Shown here: one piece after another, positions 11,866 to 25,100 of the stretch
How positions within the stretch are numbered: position 1 is the stretch's first letter
How the letters are laid out: every line of letters begins with the position of its first letter
Origin: Iphione sp. A-MEVVRFRX5
Lineage: Eukaryota
Length of the DNA: 64,000 nucleotides
Assembly (NCBI GenBank): GCA_976226885.1
Contig: OZ320317.1
Location: 79,794,001 to 79,858,000 of the forward strand
Direction of reading: 5' to 3'
Notes under the pieces: generated by a model
The model's database searches: none
Seen by the model: the letters and a program-made list of their open reading frames with translations, nothing else
What the model was told of the DNA's origin: nothing
Translations under genes and position numbers: made by a program

Positions 11866-14800
11866 TCACCTCAAGGGCCTGGGGTCCGGGGCAGAGGGAC
11901 ACGTCCAGCAGCACCCGGTCCGTGCTTCGCATGGCCCTCACGTCGCACACCACAAATGACCTCTATTACTTTCATAGCCCCGCCGGCCCACGCCCCCCAT
12001 TACTCAAGGGTGACGACAGGGACGGAGAGTAGATTGTTGCCGGCCATGCTGAAAAACGCCCCTAGGTTGCCACTAAATCGAATCATCTTCGTCATTCAGG
12101 TACTAATGTTGGCCATTATGACCACCAGGTGGCCCGCGAAACAGAACGCTGGCTTCTCCACCGACCGGAAGTCGATGCGAGCTTCCCCAGCGTCCCGAAA
12201 GGGGGAGCTTCGATGGGTGGTTGAGACCTCGGCGTAGAAGGCGGGGTGGTGTTGCAAGGGGGGGGGGGTTGTTACACCGACTTTTTCGCAATAAAATAAA
12301 AAGAGCCAGCAGAATGGCTGGACCCGTTGTTTACATTTGTTGCAAAAAGGAGTGGAAATGAATTGGACGATGATTAATATGCGCTGTCAACTGCGACCAG
12401 CAGAATAAAACGCCGATTCGTTTAATGGTGGCCAGTGTTTGCTCTGTAATTTCTCCCATTCCTGCATCATCAATCAGAAACTTGGAGGCATATCGTAGCA
12501 TATACTGGCGGCTGTTTGATATCCGTAATGGCGATCGATGAGGGAAGGAGAGCCTTTACAAACCAAAGTTGTCGTGGGCATTATCTTGCGTCGCGTCTGA
12601 CTTAATTAAACTTGTCGCCCCTCGTGTAATTTGATTTCTGAAAATTATTTTCGTGTCCTGCCGCGGTTCTTTCGAGTTGCAATGAATACGAACTAATGAC
12701 TGCCGTGCGTTTTTCCACATTTCTAGCACCTGCATTGCTTTGGAAACTTTCTAACGTAACGGGCCCTGCATGAGGTACGTCGTCCGCCGTTGTTTTCTTG
12801 AGCACATCGTTCCGCGGTATATTTCTCGTAAAAAGAGGCGTCGACATAAGTATACATAGGGAAATTTAACGCGATTATATTCATCCGGCTGGCTTTCTAG
12901 ACAGAACTACTTGAGCAATAAGATGGGAGTGAGGCCCGGGCTGGCCCGCTGCTGGGCCTGACAAAATAGTGAAGGGAAAGGTAGGCAAGATAAGGGGTGA
13001 CATGAGTGGAAGAGGGGATAGTGGAGACAGCGCAGGCGGGCTTGAGCGAAAGGCGCAGCGGCGGCCGCTGACAACAGCGTAGAAAGTGCTGTCGGGCGTG
13101 TGAGAGACGCCCACTGTGGCGCCCTCTCTCTGCTGTCAATCAAACCAATTAACGAGCGGCGAACGCTGCCCGCCCTGTTTCCGGCGACTTCAGATATTTT
13201 CACTTTCAGACTGCTGACACGTGTGTCGAGCGTGCAAATCAAATTACACTGGTCGCTATTTGGTTTGCATTCGAATCTTCTCCTCTGACGAACACAGTCA
13301 CGGCAACTCTAGACAGATAGAGATAGAGAAGTGACCCAGAAGACAGGGAGGGACTTTGAAAGGCACAGCCCAAGATTAAAAAAAACACTGACTTTATGAT
13401 GGAGAATATGATGAATTATCTTACGTTTTCCATTTAATCTGTCACATGGATCATCAAACGTAAAGAATAACTGTATCGTGCATTGAAGTCTTTCAATACA
13501 TTTCTCCCCCAACCCCCAAAAAACTGCAATATTCTCCCATTCACTTCAGGTTGTCCTTTCAGAAATGCCATCAGACCTCGGCGTAAGATTGAGTGTCGAC
13601 AAATTAAGCTATGTAGGGAAGACTTTCGAGTGCGCACTCTGCACGTGCGCAAGTGACAGGGCAACGAGTGGGATGTTTCGGGGATGGATAACATGTCACC
13701 TGTGGACTTCGAACAGCTGGGAAAAAACATCCCATCGTGATCTCTTGATCCGCAGCCCACGTGACTGTTTCTCTGTCCTCTCCCCCAAGGGCTGAAGCGG
13801 TCGTGGGGTATCGTTGACGATGCATGATAGGGGTGGGGGAGGGAGAGTATTGGTAGCACACGGGAGAACGTTTTCTGTAGGCCCGTCAGCGCGAGCCCAT
13901 TCGTCAAAGTCAAACGCCGCATTGTTCGAGGTTTAAACCGGATCAGCGCTGCTGAGTAGGATTATGAAGGCAGAGTTTGGAGCGAGGTGCCTCGCCCCTG
14001 CGAACGAAGGGGCAAATGGAGGCAATGGAAATGGGAGTCTAAGAAGGCGAATTAGATATAGCGCTCTAAGAAGCAGTCTCTTGTTGGGAACATCCACGAC
14101 TGCGAGATATTAAGGGAGGCACGGCCGGCGAAAGCCTTCTACTTCTCCTTGGAAAGGACAGGGCCTGAGAGGGCCGGGGAGGGGCAGGCAAGGTTCCCGA
14201 GTAGTCTGGTAGTCCGCCTCCCTCCCAATTGGTGGGGATTTTCTTGCCCGAGTCCCAGGCCCGGGCGCCGCTTGATTGATGGGAGAAATGAGGAGGAGGA
14301 CATCTCTGGAGAAGATATTGTCTCTGGGTCAGGCTCCCCAGCTATTTGTACGGGGAGATTCCTGGAGTAGGTAGGCAGGGGTAAGAATGACATTGCAGAG
14401 TGGCGGCGGGACGCACAGCTCCGAGTATCTCGGGAAGCGGAGATACGTAGAGGTGGGGCGGGGGGTGAGCAATAGGCCCTGAGTGAGTCCGACCTGCTCT
14501 TGCTCCTGCTTTCGATTCATCGACGACGCAACGTTGGTTACGCTCGCCTAATGCGCGGCCAACGCTGGTGGAGGATATTGATGTTGACAGAATTGTCATT
14601 TTAGCAGGATCCAGCCGACGGTGGACCCGCCCGCCGAGAGGCTGGTAATTGTGACTGATCTGCGCCTTTGTCGAGCCTGGATCTGTAGCCGAGTATTACT
14701 CCTCGCTACCCATCTTTGCTTGATTAAAGCTGAGGCTTGTTGCTCGTAGGACGACAATATGAGACTGAAAGTCCCCGAGCGTACCCACCCCCAGACTACC

Positions 14801-17253
14801 ACCCACCCACCCAGAACCAGAGAGAACCGGCTCCAGCGAGCGCACTGAGGGCCTGCGAGTTAGCATCAGTCCATCCGGGGGATTGAGGGCCTATTAGCTT
14901 GGTTGCTGAACGCTCCCGTAAACATTTCCCTCCGACAGGGATTCCATCTCGGCGCTCGGTCAATGGCAGGAGTGTCGTGGAATATCAATAAAGAATGGCC
15001 ACTGACAGCAGTACGAGGCCCATTACATCGAGAGGGCACATCAGGAGCGGCGAGTTTGGATGCTCGAGGGGGAGGGGGAGCCAGGGGGAGGGGGGCATTA
15101 GTGGGTTTGTTACGGGTAATCGCCTTCACTTCCACTGACACACCGACCTGTTGGCTTAATCGTGGGAGAAGAAATATATACATAGGGAGGGAGAAAAAAA
15201 ATGATGCTATCCTCCACGCTATCAACCCTACCTGGCGCAGCGGGCGTGAAATGAGCTCCAAAAGGTCGTGCAAGTGATCTGAGCGATATGGAAAACAATG
15301 GCGGGTCGGAGATATACGATTTGACGAAGCAATGTGAACAAGGCCAATGTATTCACCGCCGCCGGCCATTGCTCGGACTATCGGTCATTCTCCACCGGGC
15401 GCCATGCCGTAGCGATATGCTGGAAGGATGTGGTATGGTCAGGGGCATTCTTCCAGAAGGGGCACTCTCTCCGCTCTGTTTACCACCATTGTTCCAAAAG
15501 ACTCAAGGCCCTCAAGCAGCTGTGAACACTAATGTTCCTGTTCTTAAAATGGCAACGCATCAATCATTTGATCCATAGCAGAAAGTAATGTAACTCCCAG
15601 TACCTGTTGATAGGCGTCACAGGGAAAAGTGAATCGATTTTCTGTCTCTAATAGCAGTAATTGCCTCTCACCACCGCCTACAAGAAGGTGAATATTTAAT
15701 ACATATCTCAGCGGTGTCGATCATAGGTAAATCAAAAATGCCCCAGGACATTAAACCTTAAGGTACGATTTGTAAGGGTTATATCCTCTGTTAAATTTTA
15801 AAATCCTGGTGTTTTCGTGGAAACTGAATCCATCAAGGGTTGAGCGTAAGATACCGGACCACCGAGACGTTAAACGGGTGATTCTTATTCGCTTCTTTCT
15901 CTCCGTACATTTTTAATGGGACAGTCAGAGAAGAGGTGAACCCATGAGTCGTACATGCGAGGGGCCCTTTACGTCGTTAGACTGCCCCTTTTGGCGCCAC
16001 TTGCTTCGTTCCTGACCAATCCGTCAAGGGGAGCCGCTATCGGATTAGTCACATGCAATTATCACAGATAATAGAGGCTGACTGTCTGACAACTGCTGGC
16101 CGCTGATGGATAACGAGGGACGTGAACTACAACAACCCAAGCATCTCCCGTTCAGCATTTACATGCCACATGAATTTATCGCCGGCCGAACGCTCACGCC
16201 CGGAGCCCAGGCCTCTTTGCAATGCTCGGCACTGCTTTAGGATCGCCCTTGACCTGGCTGAAGAGACTACCCCAAAGTGCAAACTTTACTAGATTTATTT
16301 GTCTCTTTCTGTACCCTGGGAAGTAAGTTTGTGGGTGTTTTCAGGTATTTTTTGTCGGTATGGAACGCAGGCTTAAGCAGCATTATCTATCTGAAAAACA
16401 TTTTAACTTCACTGAGGAGTTATGTGTCTCAGGTCAGGAGATACCCATGTTTCATCCCCACCCCCAACCCCACGTTCTTTGCTGGAGGCATCGCTTAGAT
16501 TTTTCCCTTCTATCACTTGCGGAGCATGATAGGAGGCATCAATACCATGGCCATCGCCAACAACCTTAAACAACCCACTGGGCTCTGATTCCGGGCAAAT
16601 GGGAACGAATCTACGCCGATATTGACTGAAAGGTATGATTATATTTTGTAGGCACTCGTCTCCCTAATCCCAGCACTGCTTTCAGAGTCGATTCCCCGGG
16701 TCCCTTCCATTCCGTTTGCTCTCTCCGGCGACACTGCCCATAGATACTATCGGCCATGTTGAATAGGTCTGGCCTCCCAGTACACTGACTACATTCTTCT
16801 TGCGAGTCTATTCGGATCCATATCGCGATCACGCAAGCACTCCTATCTGAAATTTCGATGTCGTTTGTGAAATACGTCGGCTTACGCCATCTTATTTGTG
16901 CACAGATCAGAACTCAGGAACTTCAGGCTTAAAATTCAATACTCACAACCTTATTTCAAGAAGTAATCTTGATGTTATACTCACAGTGAGTCGAAGTACC
17001 TGAATAGAATTCGGATGGTAGATTCATTTACATTTGCATTACAAACTGTCTCAATATTCTCTGTCCCCGCAAGTGGTTGTTTTTAACCGTCTAACCGTTG
17101 GAACATTTACCCTTTTTGCACGTCTCAATGTTGAGGAGGCGAGCCCTGTTGGGTGGAAGCTAGAGGACGGTGAGAAAGACACGAACACAAGTCCATTCGC
17201 GTTTAGCTGAGCAGACATGTATCCTGGTCACAGCGGTCCGTGGTGTAGATGAG

Positions 17254-17336
17254 GATGACGTCATAATGACGTCATCTTCGCGTGCCTGACAGTCTCATAA
17301 GACAGATAAATTCCAGGGGAGCTACTGGGATATAAA
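17254..17336 (+). promoter_or_regulatory. Double palindromic CRE followed by a TATA box
   Basis: GATGACGTCATAATGACGTCATC (17254-17276; perfect 11-bp arms around one central base) contains two TGACGTCA. TATAAA lies at 17331-17336. Confidence 0.6.
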
Positions 17337-17899
17337 GTGAAAAGTGTGAGAGGCAGGTTTTAATACAGGTTGTCCTGAAACAATTCCGACTGAAAAAAGA
17401 CCAAATGGACTCCGTTCGTATCGTGCTACTTTTGCGCCATGTTGATACGTCGACACAGTCGTCATGAACTTGACGCAGCACGGCGCTGAGAGGCCTGCAG
17501 GCCTGCTCCACAGAGCGTTCAAAGTCAAAGCCATCCCTGTCATCCGACGAAGAAACAATCCATTAACATGTGCACTTGAAGCGAATCATTTCCAGTGTTT
17601 TTGTTTCCATTGAAGGATGAAGGGAATCTGGACAGATGGATGGAGACCTTTCTACCGCGATGTGAAGAATAATTTTACTTTTCAGATCAATGTTTCTGAC
17701 CAATATCTATAAAAATAGACAATAGACACTTCATCAGCTTCAGCTTTCAATCTGCGTTGTACCTGACGTGATATGCTGTGTCTCGATTAGGTCTATAACA
17801 TTGAGATGTCACTTCAATAAAGAATGGCATTTAATATCGAAATCAAGAAGTTCGTGTGTGTTTTTTACTCATATTCCCCGAGTTAATTGTGTTAACCAA

Positions 17900-18580
17900 G
17901 GCAGTTGAGCACCAACACATTGTAACATGTCCAAGTCTAGAGGAGCGTTGGCAGGTAGAAGGTCAAACAGATAATGAAAGTAAAGAATTTGGTTCACTCC
18001 AAATATACAAAAATAGTTGTGCATGGGGTGATCTTTATTGTGAGTGCAAAGAGAAATGGTCTGTTTATTCAAGAAAACATGCTTACTTATATACTCCATA
18101 GCTCTGCAATATCTTTAGGATTACATAACGATTGCTAAAAATAGATGCACTGTCTAGAAATATGTCTTGACTGGAGGAGATTATGTAATCATTACATAAT
18201 CTGTACTAAGTTTACCTACCAAATCCTGTTGCACCATAGATATATATGTTGCAGTAATCTTTATTGTACAACACCCATATACACAGCACAATCCTGAAAT
18301 GGATCCTCTAAGGTGGATCACCTGAAATGGATTACCCTGAGCCAGATCGCTCACGAAATACATGCACACACTACATCTACTCCAGGGCCCACACATAATA
18401 TTCTTAGATCTGGCGGCCTTGGGAGAGATCCAATACACCATTATTTTTATGATGCTTAATGTTCGGGCGAATCAAGGAATTTTCCCACCCATTTTAGTCT
18501 CCAATCTGGTTTCTTGCAGTACAGTCACAGCCAAGAAGCATTATTGATTCAAGTTTCTGTTTGAACCTCTGACATGCTTT
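17900..18580 (-). pseudogene. Possible heavily decayed LINE APE endonuclease relic
   Basis: HVRG (resembles NVRG; 18577-18566), TVLQETRL (18519-18502 core) and LCCVYG occur in the expected order. Many stops, and GDFN is not preserved. Confidence 0.35.
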
Positions 18581-21500
18581 TAAAAAAAGTAATTGGTAAT
18601 TTCAGCTGTTCTCTTAGTACATCACGTGTCTGAACTGTACAGTACAGGGTGGAGCAGTTTGATTCAATTCTCTACAATTCTCTATCCTCTATCTCTTTCT
18701 CTCTCTCTGCGTCCTTCTCTCCCCCCCCCCTTTTTTTTGAAAGCACACCTCAAGATCTGGCAGTCCGTCACTGAACAAGGTCAGGTAGCCGATCACAAAT
18801 GGCATTGGTGGTTGATGCCAGACTGCTTGCGCTAATATAAAAGGCATGAATATAAGCAAGAATAAATACAACATTGCGGGATAAGCATTCTGACTGGTTA
18901 TATGCGGAAGCACCTTCTTTGTAAAATTCACATAGCCTCGATCAAGTCGTAGAAAATATAATACACATTTGTATATGTATTTATACTAAACATGCATGCC
19001 TAGAGAAAATTTGTGCCTGACAAGTTGTTTAATTTGGGAGGGCAGGGGCGTCGCGTTAGTACACTGATCCCAAGTTTTATAGTCCAAGCCCTGCCAGGAA
19101 CCGACTAGAGTCTAGCAGTTTACCAACAGGGATCTACGACGTGTAGCATTCTATTTCCTCTGCGCCCAAAGACAGATACCCATTCAAAACAAACGTAGAT
19201 ATGGTTTTCTAGCATATCATGCTTAACAATAGAGAGACACACTGAATGGAAGACTAGTCCAGAAAGAGATCACCATCACCAAAGGCCCCCCCCTTTGTGA
19301 TATCCACTCCTAGAAGTATGATGCCGATGTGAAGTATTTACTCAAATACTGTATAAATACTGATTGAATTTTGTTGTTGTCATGGGTGTAATTTTTTTCT
19401 ACTTGCTTTTCTCTTGCACTCAAACATAAACAGTACCTCTTTTTTCAAGTGGCGCTGTGACCTTTCAAATGGTTTCAATCCCAAGGCTTACTTTACGTGA
19501 ACGGTCAGTCGGTGAATGTTTTTTTTGTCGGCTGATCACACGCTACATCGATTATCGTTCCTGGCAAGACCATTAATACATTAACATTGGTATTTATGAG
19601 GAGGTCAGAGCACCAGAACAGTGCGTGCTTTCTGGGCATGGCTAGATATATTGATCTTGGCTGCTGTCGTCTGTGGTCCTCCTAGTTCACAGAACCATTG
19701 GAAGACTGTTGCTTTTTGTAGCGCGTGACTTCGAAAGGCGGTTCATAAGAAAAATCACACGGAACTGTACAGACTGAGGAATCTCTTCTATAAAAATGCA
19801 CCAAATACGAAATCCATTAAAAGCAGGATCAATAGGAACAAGTTCCTAACAAACGTTCCAATAAAATCGTACAAGAATGTCTGCATGGGCCAGATCTTCA
19901 TGTTTTGTTAATTGTTGGAAATAGAAATCAAGCGATTACTTTGTGATTACTTGTTAACTTTTGTAAAATCAATTTGGTCTTCTACTACCAATTGCTACCA
20001 GTAGTTGTTCTAGTTTATATGTAACAAAAATATATACTTTCTGACCGGACCAGTTCATATAGACTGAGGGTTACTCTTACTGTTAGCCGCATCAAAGAGA
20101 AGTTACTCATATCGTGTAAACACTGCGCTTCACTGAAGATTGCCTTCACATTCCAGACTAAATTTTTCCCGCTCTACCTGAGTTGTAAGCCTGTTACACG
20201 CCTCCAGGTTCTGAACCATTATGTCGGACATCTTTCTTCAGACCGTTTGTAATTAGATAAGATGACAAAGGAAGCTTTCATAATCCATAAAATACCACGT
20301 GTCTGCTTAACGTCTCTCAAGTATTGTAGCACACATAATGGAACCTCCTCTCTCTCTCTCGCAGTTTTGTCCTTAGTGTTCTTTTTTCGCCACCTTGCCG
20401 AGGTAGGCGGCCCGTATGTCTGAGGGACGTATCAGGTCAGGGTCCGCGCCTTAAAATATTTTCCCTGAGAAAGTGGCGGGGACATAATTATAAGAGCGCC
20501 CTTCAATACGTCGGAGGAAGTGGGGCGGCGATGGACGCAGGCGTGCGGCCTGCGGAAAGTGACCTTTCGCTGCGAGTGCCGAGTGTGGGAACACGCAAGC
20601 TGCTCCATGGTCTGAGGGCCCTTGTGAGCACCTCGGAGCCACTCGCCTCCTCTCGTACCTACAGGCCGGGAAACCCCTTGATACCGCCGGTCCTCTGTGG
20701 GCCCGCAGCATAACCATCACAAAGACTATCCGCTGGAGACAAAGACACGACCCTGTGCTAAGTAGGCGAGGACTTGGCCTCCCTTCTTAGGGGAGTGGAC
20801 AGGAAGGCTCTTAGTCTCCTCCTTAGGGGAAGGTGGGGGAGTGCTCGCCTTTCATCGTTGTCATATGCCTCTGTTTTTTACACTATCGCTCTCTTGTGCT
20901 AAGTGCCACCCAGTCATCCATGCAGCAAAGGTTGAATACTGTCCCATATTTCTATACATGCCCATATATTTCAAGCAGGGCACTATAGGTAAAGGCCATA
21001 GATCATGTAATGTAAGGACCGAGGATGTAAACAACGCTGGACATTAAACAATTTACCTTGATCATAAAGTTATGACCCGGCTGATATGTTCTGGCTATTG
21101 CTGTCTTATGAATAAGTTTTTTTACTACACAGTTACACGGGGTTTGAATGTAATACCAGCCCACTTTCCATTGGTTGTCTTTTTGGGTCTGGGACATCTG
21201 TTTGTGCCCCATTTATATAATTGTGACCCAGGCGGTTGATACATTTTTCAATTTAAACTTTCTGGTTAAATAACAAAATGTGTTGGGGAAATAATTAAAA
21301 TGTGTTTGACACAAAGGATCAGTGGGCAAATCGAAGCGCAAACTCTGCAAAGGCGTTCCTTTGTATATACATTTACGAGACAACTCTTTCTGCAGGGCCG
21401 GTATTATTCTTTTATAAAAGTTCGGAAGGTGCAGCATCCTATTTACCCAATACTCTTCAAGGATACTGAGAAGTGATATTCTTGGAGATAGAGAAGCGTA

Positions 21501-21617
21501 TCGAGTAAATAATTATTAGTAATATATAGCTTTTAATTCCAAGGATTTCACGCGTTACCAGAAATGTATCACACTGCTAAGCCTGGATCATGATGGAGGT
21601 CACCTACTTTACTTAAA

Positions 21618-21855
21618 TGTAAACCTGCCTTTCGGGGGCAATATGTGTCTAGACGTAACACGATAACGAGAAACACACATTAAGATAGTTCCTCGTTACA
21701 CTACTTATATAAAACGTTGCCTGAAAGTAGTCCAACCATCGGTGAAGATCTCATGTGTATGAGACGCGTCCTAAACCTCTTTTATTCTTTTCTGTTATAT
21801 TGTTATGTTACTCCTTTTTGGAATAAAAGCTGTCACGTGTTTTATGGTAGAAAAC
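21618..21855 (+). mobile_element. Possible solo LTR or pLTR remnant
   Basis: Reads TGT...AACA with an internal TATATAAAA (~21706) and AATAAA (~21822). No convincing TSD. Confidence 0.25.
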
Positions 21856-22062
21856 AGAATACAAAGCCGGAGGTGCTTGTTTAACTTAATAACATGTCAG
21901 CTCTGAACTAAAATTAAGTAACATTCTCCTCTGAGTGCAACGCCTTTTAGTACCTGGTCTTCGCTTAAATGTTCAAAGCCTACCGCGCTTCATAACAGGC
22001 CCCAACCGTGCGCCTCTCATTCTATCATCTCTTTCGTCCTGATCCCCGTCTGCCTAGTGCGC

Positions 22063-22162
22063 TATAAAGGACGACGAAGCTCACACAAATTCTACTTCCG
22101 GTAGTTGAGGGACTTGCCACATCCAGACTTTGGTATAGACTATTCCCATAGTGAAGGTAAGA
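22063..22162 (+). promoter_or_regulatory. Candidate TATA promoter with short non-coding first exon
   Basis: TATAAAG at 22063-22069, ETS-like ACTTCCGG at 22094-22101 near the expected TSS, and a strong donor GAAG|GTAAGA at 22156/22157. Confidence 0.35.
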
Positions 22163-25100
22163 GTCATGTGCCCAGCTGCTTGAATCTGCCCACTTCTCGC
22201 GTCCAAAACGTGATTTCCTTTAGTACCCTGTTACTCATATTTCACGTCAAAGCGCGTTCCTCTGTACTATGGCAGAAATACGGGCTACCCAACTTTATAC
22301 CCTATAACTCACCCGTCCTTCTCTCCGCTCCGTTATAAGCTGTGGCGCGGAGCGGAGACGAAATATGAGAACCCACAGAGGAGCTGGGCACCTACCGCGG
22401 ATCACCCACCGAAATGATTCACGTAGCACGTTTGTTAGTCACGGCGGCGACATGCTTTGCGTCATATCCCGTCGATGACGTGGTGGCGACGTCCAACGTT
22501 TCATGTGAAGCGTGCATGACGTACAGCGCAAGTTTGTTGTTCTGTTTGGCCGGGGTTGCTGCTCAATGTTTAGTACCACCTCTGACGATAGGTGGCGGGG
22601 TGATTGTTCTCATGAACCGGATCTTAAAGCGACCTTGAGGTGGGATAGGGGGTGGGGGGTGCTCCTCGTCGTGTTATGCACGCGGTGCAGGATCGCATCA
22701 TTCTTATGACGACCTGTCATGAACGATTCCTTTATGTGTGGGTTACTAAGTGCAAAGAAATAACAACACTCTGATATCTCTCTCGTCTGATAGGTTGTCA
22801 ACGCGGGGGAAAAAGTTGTCTCCATATGCAAGCAGCATGAATGGCAGTGAGTGAAATATAGCCATTGTTCTGTGTCATGGCACCCGGCTTTTATCACCGC
22901 GGGAACAACCCCACAGAACAAATATTTCCCAATCTATTTGAGGATATACTCATTCTGCGAGGGACAAAGGCTATGCGTCACAGGAATTTCATCATGTTGA
23001 CAGTGCTGCTCAGCGGCTTTGCTCGTGCGTCCATCATAATCCACTAATTTTTTGGAGGGGAAGGGAGCGCCTGACATAACTTTAATAGACGTAATTAACG
23101 TTCGGGTTTAATTGTCCTTTTTCTCCATCCCTCGATGGAATTCATTTTCTGGTCGATTTTACCGTCATTTTAATTGGAAATTATGGGCTACCATGCAGAG
23201 CAATTAGTAGCCAGTCATTCCAACATGTGCCAGTTCTTCATATGCGCTGCTCACTAGCAGACGACATTTGAAGCCCGCGAAAACCTAATTGATGCTGTCA
23301 ACAGTGCACGTCTACGGAAGGGGGCGCTCTGGAAGTCCCCGCTCTAACCCAGTGACTCGTATCATTACTGCCCTTTATCTCACCCCTAACACCACAACCC
23401 CTGGCGACCCTGCAGGCCCCTCGGCTCTTATCTAAAATGGACCTTCCAATTTCCGCGACCGTAAACCTTCCTGTGTGAATGGACAAAAAGGGAAAGTGAG
23501 GGAGAGGCAAAAGAAGGCGCGCGCCGACCGGGCAGTAAATCCGGCCCCTTTCTCGACACTGCCCAGCGCGCTCTGTCGGTAGTTTTGATTTGTTATGATG
23601 TATGGGGGCTGTGTGGGTGATGTGTGGCCGGTGGAGAAGGTCCAACCTGGACGATAGGGTTTCGAACCTCGACTGCCGAGCCACATGCAGCCAGAGGTTA
23701 TCGTTCGCCCGCTAGTTCCAGCTCCTGCCACCAGGTGGGGCTTCCTCTGCAGCAGCTACTATCTTTCCGGTGGTGCGCGCGCCGAGGACCGCTTTTCTGT
23801 AGGCCTTTTGGTCATGTGACGGAGAGCATGATTCATGGGGTTCGTAATGGAAATTGTCTTCTCACATTGCTCCTCGGCTGACCGCTCCGCGAAAACGAAG
23901 TACATGCATATACACGGACGTAATACTAAATAGTTGTTACAATATTTCAACTGTGATGAACAGAAAAGCATATTTATCACGATTCCGTACAAACTTATAA
24001 TGTGAACCTGAAATCTCATCTATCGGAGTATTCACCAGGCAAAACTTAGCTGAATATGTGTTTGTTCCCATTAGAGGAAATTGATTTTTTTTTATAGAAT
24101 TATTTGAAAATATGGCTCGTGGCGCCTCTGCTGGCCGTACCATGTAATAGCCTGAGGAGGCAAACAGAGTAACCCATTTCAACGGCACACACATGCTCTG
24201 CCGGATGCTATATATAGCAGGGATATCCACGGTCCAATTTCCGCCGTTCATGAATAGCAATCAATGCCCACCCACGGACATGATTCATCCCAGCCACGTA
24301 GGCTAGTCGACGGTAAGATGGGCCTCACCCAGAGGCATGTCGTTAAAGTCTGAATTTGTGTCTAATTTCAGTTAAAGTCAGCCTCCTAAACTGTGACTGG
24401 TCCGCGGGGCCGAACTTGCGTCATTTCACGGCGGACATGACGTAAGCTGGTCTGGCTGTGTAACACCTCATTCCGGGAATCAATCGTCATCTGTCTCAGG
24501 TACTAGCAATTCAGGCCGTTGATCGTACTATAATGGAAATACCTGAACTAACCTGATGCTCTTGTTTGCTATGTAAAAATGCACCAGAGTTGCCTGTTTT
24601 TTTCTAGATGTGTCATGTAGCGGCTGTCCCACACCATCAACGTATTCTTGTCCTGGAGTATAACAGAGATACCTTCCGTGCCCTTATAATCTTTTTGGTG
24701 TATAAAACAGCGACATTTGCCAATTTGCTTCATTGCTAATCCTGTATATATTTGTAATAAAGGTATATATATATATTTCCCGTGTACTCCTGTTATTGTA
24801 TGTAGAGCGACGATATTTACAATGTTCTGTTTCACTAGATGTGGGCTAAGGTCCCTATGGAAACGTACGTATCTGCTCATATCAGCAGTTGCTGTTGCGG
24901 TGTGTAATAGAAATACTGGGACTGTTATAACAGGCTAGTTATCTTGAATAAGGATATTATTTTTGTTACCATAACATTATTGTGGTGGTGAATAAAGGAA
25001 CATATTGTGGTTGAATTCCATGGATATACATATATGATCGTTTTAATTCATGGTTCAATATGCCAGTAATGTTTCAGTCCAGTTGGAAAGTGACAGGCTA

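Noticed and set aside
19247-19258. 12-nt match to the 5' half of miR-7 (TGGAAGACTAGT)
   Set aside because: The next bases diverge, there is no precursor hairpin, and a 12-mer hit to some conserved miRNA is plausible by chance.
21742-21770. Hammerhead ribozyme (TGAAGA-TCTCAT/ATGAGA stem); a similar remnant lies at ~55895-55925
   Set aside because: The core CUGA and GAAA boxes are incomplete; at best dead remnants.
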